64,000 nt of DNA, from the IMG/VR virus record IMGVR_UViG_3300024520_000047, positions 62,001-126,000 of that record; one strand, given 5' to 3'. A program made the translations under genes and the position numbers. The stretch's first letter is position 1; each line of letters starts with the position of its first letter. Shown piece after piece: positions 1 through 9,910 of the stretch. Below the pieces are notes generated by a model. That model ran no database searches and was not told the origin of the DNA. It saw only the letters and a program-made list of their open reading frames with translations.

Positions 1-1953
1 TTTATTAGTGCATCCACACCAACAGGAAATTTTATAACAGTATCAGGTTCTTCTTATATGGAAGGATTTACAGTTTATACACCAACAGATGATTCAGCGG
101 CATTATATTTTAATGACTCAACTGCGGGAATTGTAACATCATTTCACAATGTACACTTTAAAGGTTCTAGCGTTTCTGGTGGTACTGGTGTTACATTAGG
201 GAAAGGACTTGTGATGGACAGTGGATTAGGTAGTGGACCACCTCCAGCTAAAATTATTTATACTGAATTAAGATATGGTGGTGGTAATTTAGATAGGTTA
301 GTTGAGGTTAATAAGGGGATTTTTGCATTAGATGGAATGCACGTACCAGGTGGTGGTACAATTAATAAGGGAATTCAAGTAAATGGTGGTAGAGCACAAA
401 TGATTAATGTAAATATTGGTAACCCTGGTTGTGGTATAGCATTAAGTGTTAGTGGTACATCTTCAAACAAACCAACAGTTGCTGGATTTGGTTTTAATAT
501 ATTTAATGTCCCAACAGGGATAGAAATAACATCAGATGATTATGATGTTGAGGTTCAACAAGGTAGATTAGATGCTGGAACTACAAACATATTAGTGTCA
601 AGTGGTGTAACGGGGTCAAATGGTAAATTAAATCTAACTGCGTTTTCAATGGATTCAACAAAGTTGTCTATTCCATATGGTTGGGTTAATTCACCACATA
701 CATTTCAATTTTCAGATATTGGTGAGTCACAAAATTTATCACCAATATTACGAAGTTGGTCAAACTTTGAAGTTGGACACGCAAATAAGGGGTTTGAAAC
801 TAATCTTGGTCGTGGTTCTGAATATCAGAATGGGGTGCATGTTATAACAAGTGGTGCTAGTGGTCCCGTGGTTGTTACCACAACAGCAAAAACAGAAGGT
901 GATTTATTTTCATTCCAATCATTAACTGCTGGAGAACAAATATATTTGGGTAGTTCTCAAAGGTATCCTAGTGGTGATTATCTTAATTTTAATGGTTTTG
1001 AGGTTGAGTATACGGGGTCAACTGGTGGAACATATACAATAGAGTATTATTCTGGTGGTACATGGGTAGATATAAAATATCAAGTTGTACACCATAATTT
1101 AGGGTATAATTATGCAAACACATTATTTTCAAGAAATGTTGGTACTTTGGAGGATATTAGATTTGGTGTAGAGGAAAATAATGGTTGGTCGACCACTACA
1201 ATTGATGGTCAAGAGGGTAAATGGATTAGAATAACAATGGTTACACCACCCGCATCTTTACCACAAATTGATTTAGTGTGGTTGGAACCATCACATACAG
1301 AAGTTAATGATAATGGTATATTAAATTTTTATGGTAACGCACTTTATAAAGATAGTTTAATTTCTGCAGGTAATATATTTGGGGAGTCTGGTGGGGTAGT
1401 AACGGGACTATTCGATGTTGGTACTCCTATACCTAGTACAACTGGGTGGGAACATACAGCAAAAAACTCTGAATTAAATCAAAGTGGAGATGCAATATAC
1501 ATGCAAGCAATATTACCCAGAGGGCTCTGTACAGCATATCCACTAACCATAAAACCTTATTATATTTTAGAAGGGAGTGCTCCCATCAATACTACACCAA
1601 CACTAATAACCTCTTTTATAACACGTGAAGTGTCCAGTGTAAAAATTACTGACCCAACGGGAGGAATTATTAATACACCCCGAACAGTAGCGAATACCCA
1701 TACATTAACATCTAATGCCGCCGTCGCAATAACTTCTGACTTAGTTAGTGGTGTACCAACTAGTGATTATTCAGATAAAGCTCACACCCTCAATAATATA
1801 TCATTTGATATTGATGAATACTACGAAGGGGATGCAATATTCATTAGATTAGAATTAGATGATGATGGTCAACCAAATCAAAATGTTATTATTTATGCAG
1901 TAGAAGTAGAAGTAGTAAAATGGGCATTAGGTGAAAGAATTAGAGTTGAATAA
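1..1953 (+). CDS. Virion fibre/adhesin-like protein, 5'-truncated (beta-helix-like N-terminal part, beta-sandwich C-terminal part)
   Basis: Frame 1 is open from base 1, so the ATG at 58 is probably internal. The sequence is G/S/T/N-rich and beta-type, and lies next to fibre-like genes. Confidence 0.55.
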   Translation, partial: FISASTPTGNFITVSGSSYMEGFTVYTPTDDSAALYFNDSTAGIVTSFHNVHFKGSSVSGGTGVTLGKGLVMDSGLGSGPPPAKIIYTELRYGGGNLDRLVEVNKGIFALDGMHVPGGGTINKGIQVNGGRAQMINVNIGNPGCGIALSVSGTSSNKPTVAGFGFNIFNVPTGIEITSDDYDVEVQQGRLDAGTTNILVSSGVTGSNGKLNLTAFSMDSTKLSIPYGWVNSPHTFQFSDIGESQNLSPILRSWSNFEVGHANKGFETNLGRGSEYQNGVHVITSGASGPVVVTTTAKTEGDLFSFQSLTAGEQIYLGSSQRYPSGDYLNFNGFEVEYTGSTGGTYTIEYYSGGTWVDIKYQVVHHNLGYNYANTLFSRNVGTLEDIRFGVEENNGWSTTTIDGQEGKWIRITMVTPPASLPQIDLVWLEPSHTEVNDNGILNFYGNALYKDSLISAGNIFGESGGVVTGLFDVGTPIPSTTGWEHTAKNSELNQSGDAIYMQAILPRGLCTAYPLTIKPYYILEGSAPINTTPTLITSFITREVSSVKITDPTGGIINTPRTVANTHTLTSNAAVAITSDLVSGVPTSDYSDKAHTLNNISFDIDEYYEGDAIFIRLELDDDGQPNQNVIIYAVEVEVVKWALGERIRVE

Positions 1954-1964
1954 CATTATAAAAA

Positions 1965-2951
1965 ATGGCAGTAGCAAACTTATTATTATACGAAACAGGA
2001 TTTACGGGAACGGCATTTACTGTAGTTCATAATCTAGATAGGTTAAATCTAGATTATAGAATTGTATGTAGTGGGTCTAGTAGGCCTGATTTAATAGATA
2101 AAATTAATTTTACTACCGGAAATGAAAGAAATAGTTTTAGTGTTACTTTAACATCATCTAATGTAGGTATAATTCAATTATTAGACTATAATAAATATGC
2201 CCTTAATTTACCATCCCCAGAAAGAATTAATATAGGTTCACAGATGGGTTTTGTTAGTGGAACCACCCTTAATGGTACCACACTAGAATTAGGCAGAACT
2301 GGAGGTCTACCACCATTTTCAACAAACTTATCAAGTATAGATAAAGATAGGTATGTGACGGGTGCAACATTAAACTCAACAACTTTAGAATTAGAAAGAA
2401 ATGGTGGTTTGCCAGCTGTTACGGTTGATTTAGCAAATATTGATACAGATAAATTTGTTAGTGGTGGAACATTTAATACTGGAACAAGCAGTATAGATTT
2501 TATTGGTAATTCTTCGGATACGACATTTAGTGTGGGGATGGGGATTATTCAACACGATAGACAAAGCGTAAGTGCCACCATGGCTGGAGTAACACAGACA
2601 AGCTATACGGCAATACCAACACTTGACTTAACAACAGGCAATTTGGGGGGGACTGGAGATTATATTATGACTTTTAATTGTTATTTTGAAACGTCTAAAA
2701 AAGAGAGGGAGGTATCTTTTATAATGTCTGGTAATAGTTTTGGTCAATTATCTAATTCTGAAAGAGTTCAAAGAATTAGTAAGGATGAAGATAAGGACCC
2801 CTATACATTAGCCACCTCCGCTTATGTTGAAAATTTATCAAGTGGAAATGTAATTACGGTAGCATTCAAAAATAGTGGTAATGGTACTATCACCATATCT
2901 AATTCTACTTTAACCATAGATGGAATAAGAACAACAAATAACATATCATGA
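1965..2951 (+). CDS. Tail fibre-like protein with ~34-aa repeats and a C-terminal jelly-roll (BclA/C1q-like) domain
   Basis: Repeats: FVSGTTLNGTTLELGRTGGLP / YVTGATLNSTTLELERNGGLP / FVSGGTFNTGTSSIDF. The C-terminal strand pattern (GDYIMTFNCYF...LSSGNVITVAF...STLTIDGI) is typical of TNF/C1q-like heads. Confidence 0.55.
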   Translation: MAVANLLLYETGFTGTAFTVVHNLDRLNLDYRIVCSGSSRPDLIDKINFTTGNERNSFSVTLTSSNVGIIQLLDYNKYALNLPSPERINIGSQMGFVSGTTLNGTTLELGRTGGLPPFSTNLSSIDKDRYVTGATLNSTTLELERNGGLPAVTVDLANIDTDKFVSGGTFNTGTSSIDFIGNSSDTTFSVGMGIIQHDRQSVSATMAGVTQTSYTAIPTLDLTTGNLGGTGDYIMTFNCYFETSKKEREVSFIMSGNSFGQLSNSERVQRISKDEDKDPYTLATSAYVENLSSGNVITVAFKNSGNGTITISNSTLTIDGIRTTNNIS

Positions 2952-2952
2952 T

Positions 2953-3687
2953 ATGAATTATAATTTATTTGGATACGATATAAATGGTGAAACGGTGGGT
3001 GTTGATTTACAAAGTTGGCACTTAGAAGATTTAAATGGTAACGAGTCCTTTGTTTTGGTTAGTGGTCAAACATTAAGTGGGTATACAAATATTACCTCTA
3101 TAGAAAATATGTATAATTTAGGTATTAAACCTTGTGATACATATCAAACATGGCAAAAAGGTGTGAGATTATGTGGTTATGAAACTGGTTGGTCAGCGAT
3201 GACAAATACAGAAAAAGATTATATTATTGATGCATATGCTTATCCTGAAGGTTCTACAGAAATAATAACTTATTTAATGAGCTCAAAGGGAATGACACAA
3301 AATGAAGCCGAAAGTTATTTAATTAATAAGTGGCATACTTACTGGAATAGTTTCTTAGAAGATTGCCCACAAAGATGGAGTAACGCAGCTAAAGTTACTG
3401 TGGGGTATTTACCGTTTAGTGCATCATCACAATTATTAGACACAGTAAATGTTTTAGTTGATAAATACTTAATTGCTGGGAGACTAGGTATCGGCTATGG
3501 GGACACAAGTGATGGTTTAATGAATTTTATTATGTCGTCAAGTGGTTACGTTGGAAACGGATTAGAAGAATATTGTGTGGCACACGGTTTCATTTTGAAA
3601 AAAAATGATTATAATAGTTTTAGAAATGATTTACAAAATACAATTATTGACCCTTATTTTTGGTCAGAAATTGAACGGTACATCTAA
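2953..3687 (+). CDS. Hypothetical protein, possibly a fibre-associated or assembly protein
   Basis: 244-aa ORF starting 1 nt after the fibre gene. Function is inferred from position only. Confidence 0.45.
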   Translation: MNYNLFGYDINGETVGVDLQSWHLEDLNGNESFVLVSGQTLSGYTNITSIENMYNLGIKPCDTYQTWQKGVRLCGYETGWSAMTNTEKDYIIDAYAYPEGSTEIITYLMSSKGMTQNEAESYLINKWHTYWNSFLEDCPQRWSNAAKVTVGYLPFSASSQLLDTVNVLVDKYLIAGRLGIGYGDTSDGLMNFIMSSSGYVGNGLEEYCVAHGFILKKNDYNSFRNDLQNTIIDPYFWSEIERYI

Positions 3688-3713
3688 ATAATTTTTTAAA
3701 ACTTTTTAAGCTA

Positions 3714-4370
3714 GTGGAAACAACAATTAAATTTAAAATGGTGGATACTTGTAGTATCCAACTGGGAGACCACTTTAATACTATGGTAGGTAATTATATA
3801 ACCATAGCAAAAGTCATAAACCCAGATAGAGTAATACTTCACCACGATAATGAAAATCATAAGTATATTGAGGCTAATCAAAAACAATATTACGGTTTAA
3901 TAGAAGCGTTAGCAAATAGTAATCTATTAAAAAATAATAGTAAAATTGTTGACTTAGGGTGTGGCCTATGTACAACACTATATAATTTAAGTTTACAATT
4001 TTTACATTATAATATAAATGCCAATTTTTATGGAATAGAACATAATAAAGAGTTAATAGATACTTTTACTAATTATTTAAGTCCCTTATGGACTAGTAAT
4101 AAACCGTCTTTATCCTTAGAAGATATAATGAAAAGTGACCTAACCAATTATGATTTAATTTTATCATACCAACCACTTAAAGGTGATAACGTTAGAAACA
4201 TGTATAATAAAATTTCTAATGAAATGAAAAGTGGTTCTATTTTTTATGAACACAGACATAAGGAGAAGGAATGTAGGGAAATATTAAATAATTGTATGTC
4301 TAAAAATAACATAGAACCTATAACTTTGCTATTTGGGGGTGAAAAACAACCTCTATTTATAAAAAAATAA
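3714..4370 (+). CDS. Class I SAM-dependent methyltransferase
   Basis: Motif I IVDLGCG, acidic end of beta2 FYGIEHN, then EDIMKSDLTNYDLILSY and MKSGSIFY. Confidence 0.8.
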   Translation: METTIKFKMVDTCSIQLGDHFNTMVGNYITIAKVINPDRVILHHDNENHKYIEANQKQYYGLIEALANSNLLKNNSKIVDLGCGLCTTLYNLSLQFLHYNINANFYGIEHNKELIDTFTNYLSPLWTSNKPSLSLEDIMKSDLTNYDLILSYQPLKGDNVRNMYNKISNEMKSGSIFYEHRHKEKECREILNNCMSKNNIEPITLLFGGEKQPLFIKK

Positions 4371-4390
4371 AAACCACATAATTAATATAT

Positions 4391-4774
4391 TCAATTAAGG
4401 CAAATTGGTCCTGTTGTGGATGGTTGGAATACCTTTAAAGACTGTAATTCTTCTCTAAATTTTTGTGTAAAAACTATTTTAGGTACACCATCTTCCCCCT
4501 TTTCAATTATAATGTCCTCATTCTCACTTAATAAATGCAAGCCATCTCTCATTATTTGTGCGTGAAGTATTTCCAACATATCTAATATTTGTTTTTTGGA
4601 AATTGTAGGGTCACCATACTCATTATAGTTAGATAGTGCCACCCTCTCTACCTCAACCATAAACATATCAAATTCAACACCAGGAAATTTAGACAATAAA
4701 CCGTCCTGTGCTTGGGGATTTTTTTTGAAAAAATCACGTAACGTTTTCAAGTATATGTGAATATCTACTTCCAT
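4391..4774 (-). CDS. Hypothetical protein
   Basis: 127-aa ORF with TATTTATA 4 nt upstream of the ATG. Confidence 0.7.
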   Translation of the reverse strand: MEVDIHIYLKTLRDFFKKNPQAQDGLLSKFPGVEFDMFMVEVERVALSNYNEYGDPTISKKQILDMLEILHAQIMRDGLHLLSENEDIIIEKGEDGVPKIVFTQKFREELQSLKVFQPSTTGPICLN

Positions 4775-4843
4775 AATATATAAATATTTTTATTATTACA
4801 ATAATAATAAAAATTTTCTATTTAACAAAATAAAAAATAATTT

Positions 4844-6169
4844 TTACTTAACCAGAACAATTTCTCCTTGGTCTATTTTTGATTGTAGTAATGGTGGAAT
4901 TTGAACTTTGGGAGAATTACGTATATTGATTACCTCTAAATTTTTAAGATTGACTAAAGACTCTGGGAGTGATTCTAAATCTGGATTATTGGGGACTGAA
5001 ATGAACTGTAACTCTTTAAGTCTATTTCCTAAATCTTCAGGCATTGACTTTAATATTCCTTCAACATGTAATACTTGTAATTTAGGGAAATCTAAAATTT
5101 GTGGATGTAAAGGCATGGAGGGTATATCCTCATCATCCCCTCTCCTGTTTCCTTTTTCAAAATCAAATCTAATTAATGTCTTAGGTAATTTATCAAAGAA
5201 TTCATCAAAGCCATATAAAGCAATAAATCTAGAAACTGAATCATTCGGGTAGTTGATTTGGACTTTGTCTCCAAAATCCTTATTTAAGGACTTGGCAAAT
5301 TCATGTTTAAAGAATTCTTTAAGTTCTAACCCGTCCTCTTGTAACCATTTTTCTAAACTAATTGACCTATCATCGTGGTCCATAAATTGATTACTGGGAA
5401 AATGAAATTGATATTTGGGTCGGGGTTCACCCATACCTCTACCACTTCCTACAATATCGTTTTTATCTCTAATAATATATAAGGGTCCTTGTTTAGAATA
5501 GGTGTCGTAATAATTCCATCCAGTTGAAGCTGTACACCATCTTGTTAAAGGAGCACCTGCCATATCACAACTTACTTCTTTGGTCATTGGCGCAACTACC
5601 TCCCAACGGTCTCCATCGTACATATAATCCACATCCTCTCGCTTTCTTCTTTCCTTTTCTTCAGATTTAGTGACCACTTCCTCTTCCATAGAAAAATCTT
5701 TGGTTAGGTCGTATAATTCATCTACATCATTAATTTGATTGATGTCTCTTTTGTTTGCGTCTATTCTACCTTTAAATCGGTCGAACTTCGCTAAATCCTC
5801 AGTCACTTTATATAAATCCTCAACAAATCTCTCTTGTAGGGTTTTAATTACATCATTCCATTCGGGGGTACCATAACTAAATTCTTCATCAGCTTTTTGT
5901 TGCAACCCTAAATATTGTTTGATTATCCATTGAGTGTAGGACCCAACTTTTTCTATATTACCATCATCTATATCGGCATCTTCCTCTGCCTTACTCGTTG
6001 GGTCAGCTAACATAATAGCTCTCATAACATCCAAAGGAACTTTGGCTGGTATAACTTTCCCATTCTTTTTCTTCTTAGGTTTAGTATACCTATCAATGAA
6101 AATCTCATACCGTGATACTTCCTCGGTAATAATTTCCTCAACTTGCATAAGAAGACTTGTAAAACTCAT
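4844..6169 (-). CDS. Leucine-rich-repeat protein with a central 'WCT' (PcfJ-like) domain
   Basis: Central TRWCTAS...YYDTYSKQGPLYII...KYQFHFPSNQFMDHDD. C-terminal LRRs: FPKLQVLHVEGILKSMPEDLGNRLKELQFISVPNNPDLESLPESLVNLKNLEVINIRN. Confidence 0.7.
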   Translation of the reverse strand: MSFTSLLMQVEEIITEEVSRYEIFIDRYTKPKKKKNGKVIPAKVPLDVMRAIMLADPTSKAEEDADIDDGNIEKVGSYTQWIIKQYLGLQQKADEEFSYGTPEWNDVIKTLQERFVEDLYKVTEDLAKFDRFKGRIDANKRDINQINDVDELYDLTKDFSMEEEVVTKSEEKERRKREDVDYMYDGDRWEVVAPMTKEVSCDMAGAPLTRWCTASTGWNYYDTYSKQGPLYIIRDKNDIVGSGRGMGEPRPKYQFHFPSNQFMDHDDRSISLEKWLQEDGLELKEFFKHEFAKSLNKDFGDKVQINYPNDSVSRFIALYGFDEFFDKLPKTLIRFDFEKGNRRGDDEDIPSMPLHPQILDFPKLQVLHVEGILKSMPEDLGNRLKELQFISVPNNPDLESLPESLVNLKNLEVINIRNSPKVQIPPLLQSKIDQGEIVLVK

Positions 6170-6211
6170 AAACGATTTTTATAATAAATATCCAGTTATA
6201 AGATAAATTCA

Positions 6212-6496
6212 CTAACAACTTAAGTTATATCTCGTAACAATTTTTTTAGATACATTATCTTGATTACCTTCTTTACAGACCATAGAGTAAGCCTTCTTAA
6301 TTGCTGCGAAAGCATCTGTAAAATTTCCCTTTACCAAATTCTTTCCTCTGTAAATTCTACCTTCGGTAGAACCTTTGGTATTTTTTGTACCCGCATGCCC
6401 CCTTACAGTTTTAGGCATTACCGTTTTTTGACGTACATCATACGTTCCGATTCTACATATATAAGAACCCATTTTTGTTGCTTTACTTACACGCAT
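6212..6496 (-). CDS. Small basic hypothetical protein (probable early gene)
   Basis: 94 aa, K/R-rich, with its own Bacteroidota-type promoter at 6526-6556. Confidence 0.65.
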   Translation of the reverse strand: MRVSKATKMGSYICRIGTYDVRQKTVMPKTVRGHAGTKNTKGSTEGRIYRGKNLVKGNFTDAFAAIKKAYSMVCKEGNQDNVSKKIVTRYNLSC

Positions 6497-6525
6497 TTTT
6501 AATTTTTTTAAAGATTAATAAAGTA

Positions 6526-6556
6526 CAAAGATAACAAATTTTTTTTTATCTACCAA
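6526..6556 (-). promoter_or_regulatory. Bacteroidota primary-sigma promoter (-33 TTG / -7 TAnnTTTG)
   Basis: The minus strand reads TTG-N20-TATCTTTG upstream of 6212..6496. Confidence 0.7.
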
Positions 6557-7712
6557 CTTCTTTTAAGTAATTTTTTTGTGTTAACTCCCACGACATATCT
6601 ATAATATCCCAATAAAATAATTGTTCTTCTTTTATTTTTCCTTGATTCCACAGTTTTTCATACCGTCTCAAAGCCTTTGGTTTCCACCATTTACAAGTAT
6701 ATTGGACATCCTCTTCAAATTTTTTCTTTAATCTTAAGGAAGTCTCTGGTATTTCACTCTTTAAAAATTCATTTCCATTTTCATATAATTGTGCTAAAAA
6801 TACCCCCCTTTTAAATCCATGGTCATATGTAGACGGTTTGATTCCACAATGTTTGAAAACTTTATTAATAATATTTTGTTTAGGGCCCGTCGCACTAATT
6901 GCTTTTTTATGTTCTTCTGGGTAGTTTTCTTTCAACCATTGGTTCCACGGTAAATAGACACCATCATCTGGTTTAAGTCTAACTTGCCCCGCAGTTTCAC
7001 CTAATGTTTTAAAATGAGGCATTCCATTATACATTGAATGAACCCCATATAATGAAGTAGTCCCTACAGCAATTAATTTATCCCCATATTTTTCTTCCCA
7101 TGCATCTCTAATGGTTTTACAGGTAGTAAGAGCAGCAATTAATTTTCCCATTATTAAATTATACCCTCCCGGTTGTGTGGAGACAATGGTAGTCGCAATA
7201 CAGGTATTGTTCAATTTATGATTATCAAACTTATCTTTTTTGGTCCACCCTATATAGTGGTCTCTTACTTTAATACTAGTTACATCGGACCCTATACATA
7301 TCTGACCTAAAATCTTTTGGGTAGGCCTGTCCTTTACCCAAAATTTCATATTCCTTCCAGGATTCGCTACCCATTCCATAGTATGAATAAGTTTGCGCAC
7401 ATTAACCCATTGAGTTACTCCTTTACCCTTTTCTGCTTTTTCAACATAGGGGTCCAACTCTTCTATTTCTTTTATAGTTTGGTGGATGTCCCAGATATTA
7501 GTAGGTGCCCACAATTCTTTTTTATAATCAAATAAAGTTTTTTTTATTTTGGACATTTTTCCTCCTTTATTCATTTCTTGCCACTTCTTATATAAAGTTT
7601 GTTCTTCTACTGTCATTTCTTTCAGCATATCTAAATTTTCTATAAGTTTTTCTTTCATGCCTTCAAAATCAAAGGTCTCTTCTTCTTGAAATAATTCCAA
7701 CTGATTTTCCAT
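6546..7712 (-). CDS. DUF4338 / Druantia DruA-like protein
   Basis: Motifs NPGRNMKFWVKD...ILGQICIGSDVTSIKVRDHYIGW, STQPGGYNLIMGKLIAAL, TTSLYG..SMYNG and LGETAG are characteristic of this family. Confidence 0.75.
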   Translation of the reverse strand: MENQLELFQEEETFDFEGMKEKLIENLDMLKEMTVEEQTLYKKWQEMNKGGKMSKIKKTLFDYKKELWAPTNIWDIHQTIKEIEELDPYVEKAEKGKGVTQWVNVRKLIHTMEWVANPGRNMKFWVKDRPTQKILGQICIGSDVTSIKVRDHYIGWTKKDKFDNHKLNNTCIATTIVSTQPGGYNLIMGKLIAALTTCKTIRDAWEEKYGDKLIAVGTTSLYGVHSMYNGMPHFKTLGETAGQVRLKPDDGVYLPWNQWLKENYPEEHKKAISATGPKQNIINKVFKHCGIKPSTYDHGFKRGVFLAQLYENGNEFLKSEIPETSLRLKKKFEEDVQYTCKWWKPKALRRYEKLWNQGKIKEEQLFYWDIIDMSWELTQKNYLKEVGR

Positions 7713-7713
7713 A

Positions 7714-7881
7714 CTATATAAATAAATTTTTAATGTCCAGAATTAAACTAATTAACCCATACCCAGTTAAAATAGTATAGATTATTATTAAAATAAAAAC
7801 TAATTTTTCTTTTTTCCCTTTAACCACCTCAGTAGTATTTAAATCTTGGAGTGGTTTATTTTTACATCCTTTACAAGCCAT
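7714..7881 (-). CDS. Small membrane protein with N-terminal CxxC (not in ORF track)
   Basis: 55 aa: MACKGCKNKPLQDLNTTEVVKGKKEKLVFILIIIYTILTGYGLISLILDIKNLFI. It fills the gap between dnaJ and the DruA-like gene and has one TM helix. Confidence 0.7.
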   Translation of the reverse strand: MACKGCKNKPLQDLNTTEVVKGKKEKLVFILIIIYTILTGYGLISLILDIKNLFI

Positions 7882-7883
7882 AA

Positions 7884-8849
7884 TTATATATTAAAATTTT
7901 CACTTTTTCTTAAATTATTTAATAATTCTTCTTCATCTATAGTTATAGAGAGTGGTGTAGTTGGCTTTATAAAGACAAATAAATTTCCCTTAAACCCATC
8001 TGGGGATGTAGCCGTGTAAAATCCCTTTCCTTTTAACTGAAGAGGTTTATCATAATCCTGATATTTTGGAGTTGCTACTTTTAATGGCCCATCAAAATGT
8101 GGTATTATTATTTCCTTCCCCAATATTAAATTAACAAAACTCATTTCTACCTCATACCTTAAATCTGCACCTTGTCGCTGGAAATGTTGATGTTGGTTAA
8201 CTACTAAGATAAGAATTATATCTCCATCAATGCCTCCCCAAATACCGTGACCTTTTCCACGTAATCTCATCATGTGTCCTTCTTCTATTCCTTTAGGTAT
8301 TTTAAATTTTATTTCTTCTATTATTTCATTTCCACCATTTAAAAATCCTACACCAAAACAATCATTACAAACAGTATTGATTAGTTGTCTAAAAAATCCG
8401 TTACCCGCCATTCTTTCAATTACACCAGCACCGTTACATATGGGGCACGATTTATTATTTGAGACTCGTCTATGGGTTTTTATTATTTTTTCATTTCCAA
8501 AATAACAATCTTCAAGTGTTACAGTAACTTTTACTTTTATATCGTTACCTTTTCTATGTCGAGGGCGTTGCTGCATTCCATCACGACCAAAAAATCTTTC
8601 AAATATATCAAAAGGGTCACTACCACGATTTGAGAAAAAATCGTGTAATTGTGGTCCTCCATTATCGTATTGTGCTTTTTTAGTTGTGTCACTAAGTACA
8701 CCATACGCTTCAGAAATCTCTTTAAATTTTTCTTCCCCTTGGGGATTTTTATCTGGGTGATACTTTAAAGAAAGTTTACGATAACTTTTTTTTATTTCTT
8801 CAGTGGTGGCGTCTTTACTTATGCCAAGTATTTCATAATAATTTTTCAT
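7884..8849 (-). CDS. dnaJ: DnaJ/Hsp40 co-chaperone with a reduced zinc-finger region
   Basis: J domain NYYEILG...KYHPDKN, a G/F-rich linker, two CxxCxGxG motifs ([16 protein letters not shown]) and a DnaJ C-terminal domain. Confidence 0.93.
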   Translation of the reverse strand: MKNYYEILGISKDATTEEIKKSYRKLSLKYHPDKNPQGEEKFKEISEAYGVLSDTTKKAQYDNGGPQLHDFFSNRGSDPFDIFERFFGRDGMQQRPRHRKGNDIKVKVTVTLEDCYFGNEKIIKTHRRVSNNKSCPICNGAGVIERMAGNGFFRQLINTVCNDCFGVGFLNGGNEIIEEIKFKIPKGIEEGHMMRLRGKGHGIWGGIDGDIILILVVNQHQHFQRQGADLRYEVEMSFVNLILGKEIIIPHFDGPLKVATPKYQDYDKPLQLKGKGFYTATSPDGFKGNLFVFIKPTTPLSITIDEEELLNNLRKSENFNI

Positions 8850-9482
8850 ATGTTAGAAACTAAATATCAAATAGTAATTTTTAATAATCAATCCAAAAAA
8901 AGGATAATTGCTACATCTAATATCTATAGCAACATAAATAAAAAATATAACAAAATAACTAAAAAATCAAATGTTATATTTCCTATTAAATATAATAAAA
9001 AAAAAGAATGTGTGTTTGAGATAGCTTTAGTGTGTATAGGAAAATGTAAAACTAAACCAATTCATAAACGTGATGACTTAGGGAGACTTATCGAAATCAC
9101 CACTAAAAATAAAAAATACCACATATTAAAAATAAAGGGTTTTGAGATAGAAGAAAAAATATATGACCACCAGCAAAGAAAAAGAATCTATTTTGAAGAA
9201 TTATTCGTAAACTATCTGTCCAGTAAAAATATTATACAAATGTATAGTTTAAATAATAAAATTATTGTTCAAAACAATAATGAATATTTTCTTTTTAGTT
9301 TAAAAAATGTATCTGAATCTCAAAGATTTATGGATATTATACAAGAATATTTTTCTAATATAAAAAAATATAATTGTCTACTAAGTAGAGACTTGTCTAC
9401 AGCACAAAGAAAAGAAATTTATAATCTATTAGAGGATAAAGGGTTTGAGAGGTCTTTATTGTATAAACACTACACCTACTAA
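8850..9482 (+). CDS. Hypothetical basic protein
   Basis: 210-aa ORF with no competing long ORF, divergent from dnaJ. Confidence 0.65.
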   Translation: MLETKYQIVIFNNQSKKRIIATSNIYSNINKKYNKITKKSNVIFPIKYNKKKECVFEIALVCIGKCKTKPIHKRDDLGRLIEITTKNKKYHILKIKGFEIEEKIYDHQQRKRIYFEELFVNYLSSKNIIQMYSLNNKIIVQNNNEYFLFSLKNVSESQRFMDIIQEYFSNIKKYNCLLSRDLSTAQRKEIYNLLEDKGFERSLLYKHYTY

Positions 9483-9910
9483 TCCTTTTTAAACTTAAAC
9501 AACGCAGTCCCTATTTGTAATTCATACTCATCAGGGATATCTGTACTATGAATTACAATATCTCCATCGGTATTAATTTCTTCTATCTCTCGTAAAATTT
9601 TAATAAAGTCTTGTTCATTCACTGTAAGTTCTACACACACATTTTGTGTTTCAAAAGGAAACTCATCAATATTTTCAGATATATTTAAAAAATGAGCTAA
9701 ATACCCTTCTGGAAGTGGTTTACTGTCCTTATATTTTTCTTCTAAATACTCATCACTAAATTGAGGCATCTTGGTGGGGGGTTTATTTATATCATCTTTA
9801 TTAAAAGATTTAATATTATCAATTAGACTATTTTTGTGTTTCTGGGTTTGTTGATTGTCGTTCTCTATCTGTTGATTTAACCACTTTATCTTTTGGTTTA
9901 TCTGTGCCAT
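9479..9910 (-). CDS. Hypothetical protein
   Basis: 143-aa ORF overlapping the 3' end of the upstream gene. Confidence 0.6.
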   Translation of the reverse strand: MAQINQKIKWLNQQIENDNQQTQKHKNSLIDNIKSFNKDDINKPPTKMPQFSDEYLEEKYKDSKPLPEGYLAHFLNISENIDEFPFETQNVCVELTVNEQDFIKILREIEEINTDGDIVIHSTDIPDEYELQIGTALFKFKKD

